The notes beneath the pieces are model-generated. The model did no database searches. It was not told where the DNA came from and was given only the letters and a program-made list of their open reading frames with translations. DNA of 57,177 nucleotides, the filler included, from Sphacelaria rigidula (lineage: Eukaryota): the NCBI GenBank assembly GCA_964200075.2. It is 8 parts of 8 records of this genome, joined end to end, with 100 filler letters (N's around TTAATTAATTAA, not from the genome) between each part and the next. Parts side by side here need not be neighbours in the genome. Positions count along the whole stretch, not along the records: positions 1 to 7,061 come from CAXNAA020016695.1; positions 7,162 to 14,221 come from CAXNAA020016696.1; 6 more parts are not named here. One strand, 5' to 3'. Every line of letters begins with the position of its first letter. Position 1 is the stretch's first letter. Shown here one piece after another: positions 1 to 12,860 of this stretch. Both the position numbers and the translations under genes were made by a program.

Positions 1-340
1 AGGGAAGCACGGCTTTTGAGTTGAACCTCATTTTTTTTTCAACCCCCTTTTCGAGAATCCACTGTTAAAGGTCGGAAAGTCGCATTGTGCCTCATAACCC
101 ATTTGCCGACTCACCCATCGGCATCTGCAATGAGGTCACCGTACAGCATACGCTAGATCTACTTCTTAGTACCAACGCGGAACGAGCATCTGAGAGTCAT
201 CGTGAGAAGACACAAGTAACTGCCACCATACTCATGACGACAAATTCCAACCGCGCCATCAATCGGAGCCTGACAAGAGCCAGCCAGAAGTATTCGTCGT
301 GGCTCCGAGTACATTTTTTCAATATTTCGCTCTATCTCAC

Positions 341-3300
341 CATCCCAGGTAAGCCATCTCGGAGTGCTCAATGTCCATTCGAGCCTCTCCCGCGTCAGTC
401 TTCGCCGTCCCGATACAGGTCTCATTTTTGTCCGTGATCACTTCCGAAATGGCGCTGATGTAGGATCGCCCCATATCCGTTCGCATGTCCGGCGAATGGG
501 TCTGCGTATCCCACGATGTCACCTGAGTTTTTTGAGAATATAGGACGAAGACGACGGTGGTGCGCGGAAGATTGTGTAAGGATCTGACGTGTTCAGCTAG
601 TGTTGACACGGGATAGATGAATCGTGGCTTGTGTGTAGAGTCTTGCGACCTAAGTTTCCCGACTCGTCATCGACTGCGCTTCACGGTTGTACTCCTCTTG
701 TATGCTGATATTTTTACGTAAAACGTTTGGTGAGGAGAATCCAACGATATTCTGTTTCTGCTTGCAGAAGGCAGCAGTCTGTGCAAGACACGCACCGCGG
801 CATGACGACGAATGGCGCCAGCGCTGGGGCTGTCTTTCTTGTATGTTTTTTCGTTTGCAAGGCGGGGACGCGACGAGCTCTAGTTGGAGTAACCCAGAGA
901 ATGCTTACTTCTTAAACGTTTTGAAAAAGATAGCTCCACGCCTTGTCTGCGAGGCAGCGTGCGCATTTCTTTGCGCGATCGTGGCGCCGATTGATCGTAA
1001 TTGGATGTCTGTGTGTTTCCCGACGAAGGCAGATGAATACCCGAACGGCTCCCATCCTTTGCTCCAGCGCGTCAGTGCCTAAGGGTGGCGTCAAGCTCTG
1101 CTAATTTTCGCGGTTTACTGTGTATTGCATAACCACTTTCTGGTACATGTAAAATACAATCAGAACACCAAGTAAACAGCAAACGCGTTGTTTACGGTGA
1201 TGAGTGAACGTCGTCGAATCTGAGTACACGTGGCGTTGCCACTTTAGGCAGCTTGTTCACCGGTGGTTCGAATAGAGCTTCGTGCCGCGTGTGGCGATTG
1301 GTCGAGTCGTTCGTAAAAATTCTTCCTAAGAAGCATATTTTTGCCGCCGGATAGACGTACTCGGGTGCTTACCGGCATTTCCAACAGTGTAAGACCTTAA
1401 CTGAAGGGTGTCACGTGGGTTTCTGTAGCATTCGGTAGCAATCAAGGGTGCTAAAATATGTGAGTGGCAACGGGGGGCGCTCGTCAGACGCAAGTGTAGT
1501 TTCAAGCCAAACCGTGTGAACACAGCACAATGCTTGTCTAAAATCGCGGCACATTAAAATTCCGCGTTCATGCTCCAAAGTTTTACCAGTTTCTGACGCG
1601 GTGTTGGCGGCCATGATGCCAAAAAGTACGGCACGATATTCTTTGAACGTCATCCTCTCCGTCCACACCGGGCTATACCATGGTGATCCCGCTCGAAGTT
1701 TCGGTTGGCCATCCAAGAGGATGGACGCCAAATTGAACACAAATCACGAATAACTTCAAGTCGTGAGCACAGAATGGTCCAGCAGGGATGGACCAGCTCG
1801 TATTCGAGACAGCTGGTCGTTCGCGGAATTCGTCTCTCCCTGCGTTCGAAAATTACGCGTCAGACAAGTCAACGACTGTAAACGAGCTGCTGCTGCCACG
1901 CATGCCACGGAGGACCGCGACTACTCACGTCGAAAAACGTGTGAGTAAGATAGACCGTTTACCTTGGTCCACTGAAAGTTCAGATTTCCGCCGTGCGCTC
2001 TGAGGTTGACGACGGTGTGGTTCGCGGCTCCGCTAAGAAGTCGCAGCTCTTGGCAGTCTCCCCCAGATGCGCCAATCACCTGTTGTGTATGTATGTATAT
2101 TATTGCACGCAACAAGCAATAGAGCACAAATATGGGGGGGGAAATGCGTACTACAATCAACGCCGCACATACATAAAAAAGATTCCTGAACACAAAGTGG
2201 GGGTTAACAACAAACACTGCTATAAACAAGCCTGGCCAGTCACCTTTGTTCGCGTAATTACATACAATACACCGCATTTATTTGTTCTCGAGAAGCAGCA
2301 TGCCAAGACCTGACCATTCATCCATGTTCACGTTCTTGTGCACACTGCCGATTATTAATCTAAACGATAGCGCGGTGCTGAGGTGCAGCACCTCACGCCG
2401 GTCTCTCGTGAACCTCTTCGGCAACACATGCCCTCTTGTGCACGCAATTGCGTCAACGCAGACGGAACAAAAGGGCGCGAAGAACAGCAGAAAAATCTCG
2501 GTTATTCCAACGAAATCTCGTTTATTTCAACGAATCCAAGTCATTACTAGTATGATGATATTGTCATTTATCTGTTGTTTATTTTTAAGTGAATTTGAGT
2601 TTTCAGATATTGGATGGTACTTCCAGGCGGCAGCGGATGTTACAAGCCACGCGCCTGCGCCCTCGTGACCAAGTACATCTCTCTTGCTTGGAAAATATCA
2701 ACGTTAAGTTTGGGGGCCTGCACATAGCTGAACCATGCAACAACGTGAGAAGACCACCGGGCATCTGAAACGCTCAGATGATGTGGAAACTCGAGTTCGA
2801 TTCATGGAGTGGTCACCATTAAATGGTCAGATGCTTTGGTGTCCGCAGACGCGTTTTATACTGGGATGCACCGCCAAGCTGCAGCCCGGCGCAGGTGTCA
2901 CGCAAAAGCACATATTGTTTGAGTCCGAGACACGTACCACAATAGGCATGGGCTCACGTTCAGTGAATGAGTAGTGGTAGCACAAAGAGAAGCTCCCAAG
3001 AAGATGATAGGCCGATAATGCTTTGTACGAGGTGCCAAACAAATCTTTGCTGCTCGATTGCTCCAAGATGAAATCGGTTGTGAGACCAGAGAGGTAAGCC
3101 TTGAAGTTACTGGTGAAGCGCAATATAATTTTCACTACCTAGATTCTTCGAGAACGCCTCTCCTTACACGCATGTCCTTCGAGATTCCAGTCTCTGTCCA
3201 CTTTCAGTTGTTCGGCGTGCCTACCCTCTTGGAAAATCGCCCTGCCGATTGCCGAAGACTGCGACATGCGATGACACGCGGTTCTCGGTAGGGTATGGAA

Positions 3301-4121
3301 GCGATGTCCTAGAAATACATGCTCACCCACCACAACGCGAGGGAAGTATGCAGCTCATCCGTACCTCTAAACTTATGTATCCATGGAGCGAGGAGCGTAA
3401 GTATATTCATCTGCCGCGCAACACCAGTTTGAAACTACCTGTCCAACTGCACCATGATCAGTCGATTGGAACGAACAAGTCTGTCCCTCGCAGAAGCGTT
3501 TCGCATCATGTTCGCATACATGAATCTGCAGTGGAAACCGAGGCATCGGGCAAGGAATAACCAATATCTGGAGAAGACTGACACACCGCCAGCAACAACC
3601 GAATTGGACATAGAAAAAGCATAATGGGCTTCGTATGTAACGCCAGTCTACTCTGTGGTATCACAAGGCAAAACCGTTCATGTGATGGCATCGGCAAATA
3701 TAGACCGAGCACAAACTCGGCATAGTACACCCAGGCAGTCAAAACGCTTCGTGTTCACTCGTAAAAGCGCCCATCATCTCACATTAAGAGTAACCCCGTC
3801 CACAACATACAAATCTTCGGAGAGTAACCAAGTTCCCGTAATGTATGGTGCCTCTGAGCTGTTGGAAGGATATATCGGGATCAGAGCGTCGGTGCGGTGC
3901 TTGATCGCGTTGTAGATGTCCGTCATGGTTGCACAGCCTCCCCTTCGACCATCGGCATTCTCGACGTACACCCTTCGTGACGATCCCGCATATCGAACTG
4001 AGATCGCGGTACTACTATCACAAGGTTGCCTTGCAATGATCCCATTTTGGGCGAGCACATTTGTCGGTGTGATGGTTCCAATAGCCACGCCAATAGTCAT
4101 CATTGCTAATCGTCCGACCAT
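341..4121 (-). CDS. Mannuronan C5-epimerase (alginate-modifying, secreted), 5' part; 3' exons not found in this contig
   Basis: Exons 4121-3783, 2079-1963 and 522-341 have GT-AG boundaries and consistent phase. They join to signal peptide + ...RYAGSSRRVYVENADGRRGGC...TGTWLLSEDLYVVDGVTLN|VIGASGGDCQELRLLS...NLRAHGGNLNFQWTK|VTSWDT...GRSYISAISEVITD...GEARMDIEHSEMAYLG, the conserved N-terminal half of brown algal mannuronan C5-epimerases. Confidence 0.92.
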
Positions 4122-6960
4122 GTTGTCCTGTTGTCGTCAGGCGTGCGCGCCTACTGCGCAAGCGGTGCCTAACTCGCTGCGTTGGTATATCGTAACTGTC
4201 ACTCGGTGAAGCTCAGAGCAACCAAGTAGGTAGGTAGCCTGTTGTTAGAACCCGGCAATCCCGATCTTACTCTGAAAAGGGTACGATTGTTGTGGAAGTG
4301 GTGCGTTTGACCCGACACAGGATGGTGACGCTGTTTCTTCTAACGCAGTTTCGAGTTGTCGCGACGACCAAGCCGTGTGTGGGGCTGCGCCTGTTGTGAT
4401 TTGGTGGGAGTACCGTGGTGCCGTAGGTTTTGGTTGTACATTACTGTAATGTACAGACCGGGACGTGGAGAACTTGGAAAAGCAACAAATGTGACGTCGG
4501 ATAGTTTGCTGGTTTATTCTATAATACTGCAAAGTGTCGGTCGTGCATCGCGATTTTTCTGCAGTAGTAGAACTTTCAAGCACAGAGTTTTGTCCGATGT
4601 ATGTGCTCAACGGCGAGTGGGTACATCGAGGTTAGCCAACCACACGACTTCGATCTGGATTCCATCTTCTCCTGTATCCGCAGCGCCCTGCTCCGCAGGC
4701 GCGCGAAGACATCGTGAAAAGAACAGTTCGGCTTGTGCATGGGACGCAGATCCCACGCGAGAAGGGTGCTGTCTCCGTACCCTTTTGGATACAGATCGCT
4801 CAATCATGCACCGCACATACATTATACAGGAAGAACGGTCAGTAAAGATACCGTACAGTAGTAGTATGGACGTGGATCTTCGGGCGATCGAAAGATAGTG
4901 TAAATAAGGACGAATTTTACAGGAATTTATCCTCGGAGATATCAATGCCATAAAAAAGGTATAATATCTTCGTATACTGATATACCTTTTTATTGCGTGA
5001 TAATGTGATGACGCGACGCTATTCGCTCTACACTTTGGTGGTGGGCAAACCCCATTCCACCAGCACTCGCCGCAGCAGCAGCAACATCGGCAGCGTAAAT
5101 ATCTGCTGGTGGACTATCGTGATTCAGTAATAGTGATGGGGACGGTGAGTGTCTGGTGTTGAGCCATTGCGGCAACCTACTTAGAAATGCTGCCGTGCGT
5201 TGCTCTGATTTGCGGTGCTGCCCCCCAAAAGTAGCGAAGCTCATTCAAAATCCTTCCGGTATCGAAGTAGTGAGCTGAGTCCTCAAAGGCCGTTACCCAT
5301 TGCAATCGCGTCAATGCTATGGCTGTACTATAAGGCCACTTGCGGCCACTGAGCTTACTGGTACCCGACTGCTGCATCACGCGCAAAATGCCATTACACA
5401 AGTAAAGTGATGTTCAGACAAGACAGGTAAATGCCTTGCTAACTTGGTAGCCAGTGCCTGCGCGAGTCGCTTACGTACCTCACTCAATTCGAAGTTGTTG
5501 ACAGCCACCAGGTCACGGTACAGTCAGCTAAATTCAATTTCCCATCAGGTATGTTACAGCCCGAGAAGTTACCACCCAGAGTTCGCCCCAACCCACGCTT
5601 CGGGGAAGTAACTACTTCGATATTCCGTCGATCACGTCGTAACATACATGGCGGGTGTGTTTCTTCTCCGTCGGGTATCGCTGCTGTACCATGCACCCAC
5701 CGACCATTTTTAAAATCGAATCTCGAATACCATGCGCAAGCGCCGTGACCCGCTCTTTTTTCCAGAGGCGGATATTGTACGTCTTCGAATAAATTGCTCC
5801 AACACGGCACACAGACCACACACGCCTAGCACGGTGCGTTCTAGTCCCCTCTTCAGCTTCGCCCCGATCCCATCTGAGTAGTAAAACTCTCAGCCTAATT
5901 GGTGAGGTATGTCCACTCTGCTTCTTGCCCTGTCGGTGTATGTTGTAGGCGCAGAAAGAGCACCGGGACACGGCGATGGAGTCTCAACCGGCTGTGAACG
6001 AGCTGCTCGCAAGCGGGAAGGTCGCTATTTCTGCGGGAGACAGGGCTGCCGCTGCGGAGCATCTGCACCAGGCAACGAAGGTACAGCACACGCGAGGCCC
6101 TTTCTCGTGAAAGATAATTTTTCCCCCAAACGGGCGGCCTGACCTACTGTAGGCGTGAAGATACATTCAACTATGATCAAGTTACCGAGGTGCTGCTTGT
6201 CTGTAGTGCTGGCGAGTATCCGCATCCGCGACGTGTGTAGTACTGACTGCATTGTCTTCAGCAGTCAATCAGCACAACGGACATTTTAAAAGGGGTTGAG
6301 CGGACAGTCTCAGCAACGAGGCGGCGGGTACATAACGGTTACACCGTCATTACCTGACAGTTGATAAACCCATTTCCCCCATGTGTAGAAATCAGTTCGG
6401 AATGCTCCGCTGACTGTACGCCCGGTGAGAGAGGCGGATCGTGCGTGACACACCACGGGCTTGGCGTGCACTCTTGTGGACGAAATCACAGTTGTAGGGA
6501 GCGGAGCCAGTCGGGCAACCAAAGCCGTCAATACTACTGTCTGTACTACTACTTTAAAATTGACAATACATGGTGCCAACCCTGCGCAGCCAGTTAAACT
6601 GAACTCCATGATGGGGGACGCATACGTTGCGGAGAAGGTCTGCCCAGATTAAGTTGACGTGCACCTAATTTTTCCCGCATATTTCATCCCATCGCCACAA
6701 TTTTATGAGGAGGTCATACTGGTATTACTCTGGTGCTTAGCTTCCACACACCCGTTGTTGCACTATCGATGACTGCACCGTAGGTTCGAAGGTTGTTTAC
6801 AGCACCGTTCGTGATTGACATGGAATCCATCCGAATCCGATACCAGTATTCGAATGTTCTTCGGAAAATTCGCGAAAGGATCACATGATCCGAAAACCCG
6901 CTGTCGTTCGGGTACTGGTGGTTACTTGTAACACTGAGAGTCTCGACCAACGGTGATGCG

Positions 6961-6997
<37 letters not shown>

Positions 6998-7061
6998 GAG
7001 GGGAGCCCCGGGCGGCGCCCGGGGTGGTGTTACTCATCCGCGTGTACCGACTCGTAGTGTT

Positions 7062-7161
7062 NNNNNNNNNNNNNNNNNNNNNNNNNNNNNNNNNNNNNNN
7101 NNNNNTTAATTAATTAANNNNNNNNNNNNNNNNNNNNNNNNNNNNNNNNNNNNNNNNNNNN
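7062..7161. other. Artificial contig spacer (N44-TTAATTAATTAA-N44); repeated at 14222, 21382, 28542, 35701, 42860, 50019
   Basis: An identical 100-bp pattern occurs 7 times and puts TAA stops in all six frames. Flanking contigs are all 7059-7061 bp in non-increasing order. Confidence 0.97.
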
Positions 7162-7960
7162 AACTTATTATACTAAAACCAAGTAATTTCCTGATGAATC
7201 ATTATTTGTCCTAACCGTGGATAAGTGCAATGAGAACATCGCGGAACCGCAAAATACCGAATCTTGAGTCATGGCGTGGATTTTGATTGTCGTGCTGCTG
7301 TCATTGGTGACGGCGATCAAGGCTTCATGTCGTTCGTGCCCCGATCGGATGTTTCGAAGAAGGGCGATCGGGAAACGAATGATGTAGTGTCAAGACTGGA
7401 CCGCCGTCGCGAATGGCAGGAGCATGGTCGTGGAGGTCCACGTCATGCCCCCCAAGACTTGACTCGCTCCTTCAGTATGTCAGCACGGTATGCAGAAGAA
7501 GTGGCTCCAGTCATCGCTGTGTGGGGGGAGTTATGGGTTGTGAAGATGTTGGCCTATGAAAAAAGTTCCTCGTGCAACCATTAACCGCGGTAAAGTCGCC
7601 GTGGTGAACGTTTGACGGCAGCCTTATCTCAATGTCAATTTCAATTCATTCACTCAACATTCTGATATAATATCCTTCTCTATGTGTGAGTGAGTGTAAA
7701 ATGCCTGGTTTATTGGTAGCTTTTGGCGACCGGGGTGTATTGTGTCATGACTTTATTCCTGATTTCACTCATGTGCTTTCTCTTAGTGTGTGGAGAATCA
7801 TGACGTGTAGCTCGTCACCGCAGTGACATGTCCTCCGGTAGAGGAGTGATGCTTTTTGCATGTGTGGTTGCCCGAGATTTTATTTTTTCTCGAGTGCGCG
7901 TCTCAAGCGATGGGCTAATATAAGAGTGGAAGAATCCCCCCCTCCCCCCCGCCCGTCAGT

Positions 7961-8266
7961 CTGGTCCGGCGAGAACCCGGCGTGCTCCGTCCCGGCTTTG
8001 CAGGGGCGAACCCCCGATGGGGTTGGCGTCGGTTCGCGATGGCGCTATACAACACGCCACTCACTGCGTAAGCTAGACAACCAGGTTACCGATTTCTTTT
8101 TGCGCGCTTGTGTTTTTTTTCGCGGTAGTGATGATGGTAGTCGAGCTAGATCATGTTGTACGGCGTGGGAGAGACTCAACTCCGCATAACGGGGATGATT
8201 GTACCACGTGGTGTTTGAATGGTGAGACACGCATGAGGTAGTGTATATAAACCGTGGCTGTCTCTG
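7961..8266 (+). mobile_element. 5' half of ~580-bp non-coding repeat (C-run-flanked family)
   Basis: Aligns by eye with 40510-40800 and 49465-49760 (ccggcgtgctccgtcccggctttg...cacgccactcactgcgtaagctag...gtcgagctagatca). C-runs lie on both sides (7936-7950, 8274-8291). Confidence 0.85.
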
Positions 8267-8494
8267 AAATTCTCCCCCCCCCCCCCCTCCCCGCCCGAAC
8301 ACGCACATACGCGGATGCATGGGAGGACAGTACAGTTTAAAATGACCTGTACGCAGCGAAGTTATTGGCAGTTAATATATACGATCTCGACACATCTCGG
8401 ACCATGAAAAATATACGACACAAATGAACATCTGGATCCTCCTTCCCTCCAACACGACCACACTCAAAATCACCATCACATGTGAAATAAACAG

Positions 8495-11400
8495 GTGGCC
8501 CGTCAGGCGGCCTTGGCCAAGGAAGCTACGAACGGATCCATCAGGGGGGAACCGAACAGCAGCGGCAGCGGCTCAGCAGACGCGACGAAAAAGGGCGCCG
8601 CTAACAACAAGCGTCGCGGCCGCGGGGCCGCTCCGCCCGTTGATCAAGATCCGCTGGGGCTGACGCTGCTGGCTAAAGATCCGCTTGCCGAGGCGGCGCG
8701 GCTCGTGGCCCTGCTGACCGCTCACGCTGGGAAATTTGTCGACACCCACGTGATGGCGTTCGACACAGCCATGAGGCGCGGGAAGTTCTTGATGGCTGTC
8801 CGAGCGGTGATCAGGTACAGTACTTGCGATATATTTTTCTAATTTATTCTTCACTCGAGCAGTACCTGTCTGCTCGTAATCTGGGTTCGGCACCACGTTG
8901 AAGATATTATTGTGTTTGGCTGTTGTGTGCGCGCCCTGTTGTTCTAGCGCGGGGGGAACGGGGGGGGGGGAGCACTCCACGGTTCGGACAAATCGTCGCC
9001 TTAAAGAATAACCAAATCCACGATTTTTCAGGCCTGGTTGCTCGAAAAATTGAAAAAAGTCTACCGCTGGCCAAGAAGGTCTCCACGCCAATTTTTGCGC
9101 CATTCCACGTGCCTGGGCTGCGCGTGCCTGGGCTGCGCGTGCCTGGGCTGCAATGCTGGAAACAAAGCCCCAGGATTGATTCGTACGGTACGAATAAATC
9201 GCACTATAATCAAGTAATTTCCAGATGAATCATCAATTTGTACGATCCTTGGAGCATCCCGAAAAGTATTCACGAGAGTCACCGCCGGCCCATCGTTTTC
9301 ACCATGCTTTGGCGACACTCGTCAGGGAGGTTTTTGTGTTCTGAATCGAGTTGGATGTTCTCTGTGCACCAATCGTACCGCTGTCGATTTTCACTATGCG
9401 TGAATTATATTACTCTGATTCGTCGTAGTTATCCGCAGCAGGGTTTGAGCGGAGTGCATCAACGTGCCAAACGTACTCTGGTTCATTTTGTTACGGAAGA
9501 CTGTTTTCGTGAGATAGAGAGTAGGATACAATTTTGAGTGAGAAGGGGCAAAGTAATCAATGAAATTGTTTCAGTTCCGGAAATATGCCTCCGGGCCTTG
9601 AACGAGGCCCAATACTCCTTCTGTAGTAGCTTACCACTGAAGCTTACGATATCCTTGAGTAGGATATCGACGTTTGTCTACCAGCACACGGCAGTGTTAC
9701 AGGTGAAGAAAAGCACAAACTAATGGAAAATTGGTGACTTGATCTCATTCGTCGGAAAAAATCCAAGCGCATCGTGCGGGAATGGAACTCATGTTTCCCC
9801 GACGTCATGGTGTCAGTTGGACTATTTTAATTCAGACCAACCAGGTTAGGCGGCAAGTTTCATCTCCCGGGCGAAAATACGTTTCGCCACGAGTCAATGG
9901 GTGGAGGCCAGCATGAGATTCGACAGACTCTTCCCATCATTCCGTTATTATGGGAGAAGCGATGCCAATTCCAAAACAGTGCACGGATTTCTCTGTCGGC
10001 TGGAGTGGATGGTCAGAATCTTTTCGCCGATGTTGTCGCTCGAGGATCTAGCTGGGATGCAGGGGTTTACAACGGTGCCTGTACTTCCCAAATACTTACG
10101 AGCAAGATAAAGTGGGAAATTACAGATTCTCCTATCGGCTTCTCGCTATCCCGTGCTCGCAGCCGTCAAAAAGACGCAAATGCTTGCCACGGGACGTAGG
10201 AGTCCGGACATCATTTCAAGTGATTTCATCATTGCAGTTCAGTATTTCGGGGGCCTGTTCCCCTCTTGGTCGCGGTGGTGTGGACCCCATCGGCGCCAGG
10301 CCTCTCTTCGGAACAACAACGACGGCAGACCTTCGAGGTCGGTAACTCCGACGATATAGCTGACCAGCTCCGGGCTGTTGACCCCTCCACCCCCCCCTCC
10401 CAATAATGAATGCAAGATAATCAGTAGGTTTCGGGTCGAACAATCTTGGCAGGATGCAGGTGACCCTTCAAGCGACTCGCCAAACACACCATGGTGCTTC
10501 ACGCTTAATGATTGAAATCAAGTTTGGTACAGCGAAAAGTCGGCGTGCTCCGTCCCGGCTTTGCAGGGATTCGAGGTCAACGGTCTGATGACTATGGCAT
10601 GCATAATCATGAGTACCCCCCGTCCCGTCCCAATTGCAAAACGTGCTGCATGTGTTCGTGATTCCAAACCGCTGACTCATGCATAGTGTTGAACGCAAGC
10701 AGTTGTGCGTTCCGGTCTGATGGTGTTGACTCGTTGCGAGATTGATGTGCTGTTGTCACGAATTTGATTCATGCATGCACGCTTGGCATGTTGTCGTTTG
10801 GTTTAGACATAACCTCTGTTGGGTTGATTGTTCCGTGTCATTTCAACACCAACGTTCCCTCTACTATGTCCATGCCCCCCACTCGCCCTCCCCCCCCCCG
10901 GTTCCCCTTTGAGGTCTCTGACGTCGGTTGGAAGCGATGCTGCAAAACACGTATTTCACTGCGTTTTCTGGGCAGCCAGGTTACCGATTTTAATTTTTCG
11001 CTGGGATTTTCTTGCGGTAACCATGATGCTGGTCGGGTTGAATGGTATTACGATACGGCATGCAGAATCGTGAGTAGCGCCTCTCCCCGCCCGCCGGCCT
11101 CTGCCTCTTCCCGATTGACGCATATTCCTGTTTCGTCGTTTTCCCCCCCTCCCGGCTGCCGGATTGTAGGGGCTTGGCTCTTGAGCCCAACAACCCGGAG
11201 CTGCTCTACCGTGCAATCGAGCTGTACCACCGGGTGGGTCAAACGCCCCTCGCCTCTGAATCGGCCACTACTTCTACACCAGCAGGGGGGACCGAAAACT
11301 CCACTACGCCGGCACCGGCGGCTGCCGGTGACGCTCTCCCCTCGCTGTCGCCCATAGCCGCGCGGGTGCTTGCTGAGGAGAGCGAGGCCCTGCTTGGCTC

Positions 11401-11782
11401 TGGGGGTGTGAGCGGAGCAGTCTCAGCTTTGGTTGCGCTGGCCGAAGACCCTGACAAGGGTTCGCTTGGTGCTCGGGTATGCGCAGCGCGCGCGCTAGCC
11501 ACCGTGGCAGGGGTAGGGGCAGGCGCGGGGGGTGGTGTGGACAATGACCAAGAGGAACAAAAGAAAGGACGGGAGCGGGCGGTCGGGCTTGTGAAGGAGG
11601 GACTAAACGGCAGAGGGGTTACGATAGAGGGCTGTGTCGATGCGCTCGAGACGGTGAAGTTGGTTGTGTCCGGCAAGGAAGGGGAAGGAGACGTGGAGGA
11701 GTTTAGAAAGGCGTGCGCTGGGGTTTTCCCCATGGCCGAGGCGTTTCAGGCAGGGACGGGTGCCGAGCGCGGGGGTAACTGA
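8495..11782 (+). CDS. NAA15: N-alpha-acetyltransferase 15/16, NatA auxiliary subunit; last two exons
   Basis: Exons 8495-8814 and 11170-11782 (phase 2 join AG|G). The protein reads VDQDPLGLTLLAKDPLAEAARLVALL...DTHVMAFDTAMRRGKFLMAVRAVIR|GLALEPNNPELL...EEFRKACAGVFPMAEAF, matching the C-terminal DP..EA..F/L, TH..AF....R.K.L and FP.A..F motifs of NAA15/Nat1. Confidence 0.82.
8978..9195 (+). repeat. Dispersed repeat, homologous to 26376-26575; contains 15-bp unit GTGCCTGGGCTGCGC x3
   Basis: Shared blocks ggttcggac, ccaaatccacgatttttcaggcctg, gcgccattccacgtgcctggg and ggattgattcgtacggtacgaat occur on two different contigs. Confidence 0.85.
9495..9690 (+). repeat. Dispersed repeat, homologous to 54965-55150, 57115-57177 and (reverse) 35900-35947
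   Basis: Shared gttttcgtgagat(t/a)gagagtag. The 9495 and 54965 copies also share ttctgt(a/g)gtagctt(a/g)ccac.gaagc...gatat...tgagtag.atatcga. Confidence 0.7.
10409..10621 (+). mobile_element. 3' half of ~580-bp C-run-flanked repeat
   Basis: tgcaagataatcagtagg...cggcgtgctccgtcccggctttgcagggattcgaggtcaacggtctgatgactatggcatgcataatcatgagtacccccc matches 40850-41088. It is preceded by a C-rich run at 10382-10401. Confidence 0.85.
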
Positions 11783-12499
11783 GACTGTCGGTATTTGGAT
11801 ATAGTGGTAGCGGTGTCAGAGGGGGGCAAGGGGGGGAGGGGGAGGGAGAGGGGGGGCAGTCGTTTCTCGGAACATGAAACTTACGCGTGATTGTATTAGA
11901 CCCGATGCCGTTAATTCAGCTGCCTACACATCCCACTTCGGAGACCTTTTGAACCTTGGGGATGTGTTGCTGCTCGTTGTGGGCTCTGTCCTTTGAAGTT
12001 GGGCTGTGATGGGTTCGGGGGTGGCGGGAGGGAGCGGGCCCACTCCCAGGATTCGTGAAGCGGATGAGGAAAGTCTTGAAGCATTATTTTTCTTGTTTGA
12101 AGAGGAAAGATGTTGTGCAAACGGATTGCGAGGATGCGTGAGATAAAATAGTTTGTTTGCTTTAGGGTTCGGCGTTCTACAGGCGGCGTGTTTCCTGAGT
12201 GGGGCTTGAAAAGTGTTTGTGTGTGTTGGTTTGTGTAATGCTTTGAACGTGTGGTGGTATGATAACGCCATGATACCTCGTTGTGCCTTTTGACCCTAAC
12301 TCTGAAATCTACACAACACAGTCTGATCCGTGCAGTATATAATAATAACATAAACACGACATTCGATGCGTCGATACTCTCGCTCGGGCTGGTTAAAGGT
12401 CAGCCCGTTTTATCCAACCAAATGACTTTCGCTCACGACGGCACGGCGTAGCTTGACATGCCCTCTGGGGACAGTTGCACCAGCTATACACGACTTCAT

Positions 12500-12860
12500 A
12501 TTCCAATTCCACAAAGTGAAACGTTTTCTGTTGCGAGTAAAAATCAGCCAACCGTTTCTTCGCGACTCGATTTTTGCGACACTTTTTTTCGCTCGATTTT
12601 TCCACCTCCAAACCCCTGTGACTCCGGTTTTTTGGGAAAGACTCTGTCCAACAAAAGCCAAACACATCCTGTTCCAAGGGACACCTGGACACACTACAGT
12701 TGCTGCTGTCTACCTAGTATCATCCCCCAAATCGAAGTCTCGAGTGAGAACGCCCAGCGTTTGGTTCCCATGTGTAAGGATGATCTACATCTAGTATCAT
12801 GCTCCAAAACGTACCCGACAAGGGGGCAACATCCCCGTACAGACGGTAGCAATGCTAGCG
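12500..12860 (+). repeat. Dispersed repeat, homologous to 55190-55590
   Basis: Shared tacctagtatcatc(c)(c/t)ccaaatcgaa, ccagcgtttggt.cccatgt and gacaagggggcaacatcc.cgtacagac.gtagcaat.ctagcg. Confidence 0.85.

Noticed and set aside
1-7061. Endogenous phaeovirus segment
   Set aside because: The epimerase is spliced with long introns; no dense intronless ORFs or NCLDV core genes were recognised.
7106-7117. Recurrent TTAATTAATTAA palindrome every ~7.16 kb
   Set aside because: Embedded in fixed N-runs; an artificial six-frame stop linker.
10583-10612. CTGATGA in the tail of the 580-bp repeat (retrozyme idea)
   Set aside because: No downstream GAAA core, and the motif is not conserved in other copies (CATACGA, CTTACGA).
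11239-11733. 164-aa minus-strand ORF (also 15562-16005 + and 8573-9103 -)
   Set aside because: Antisense shadows of GC-rich true exons.
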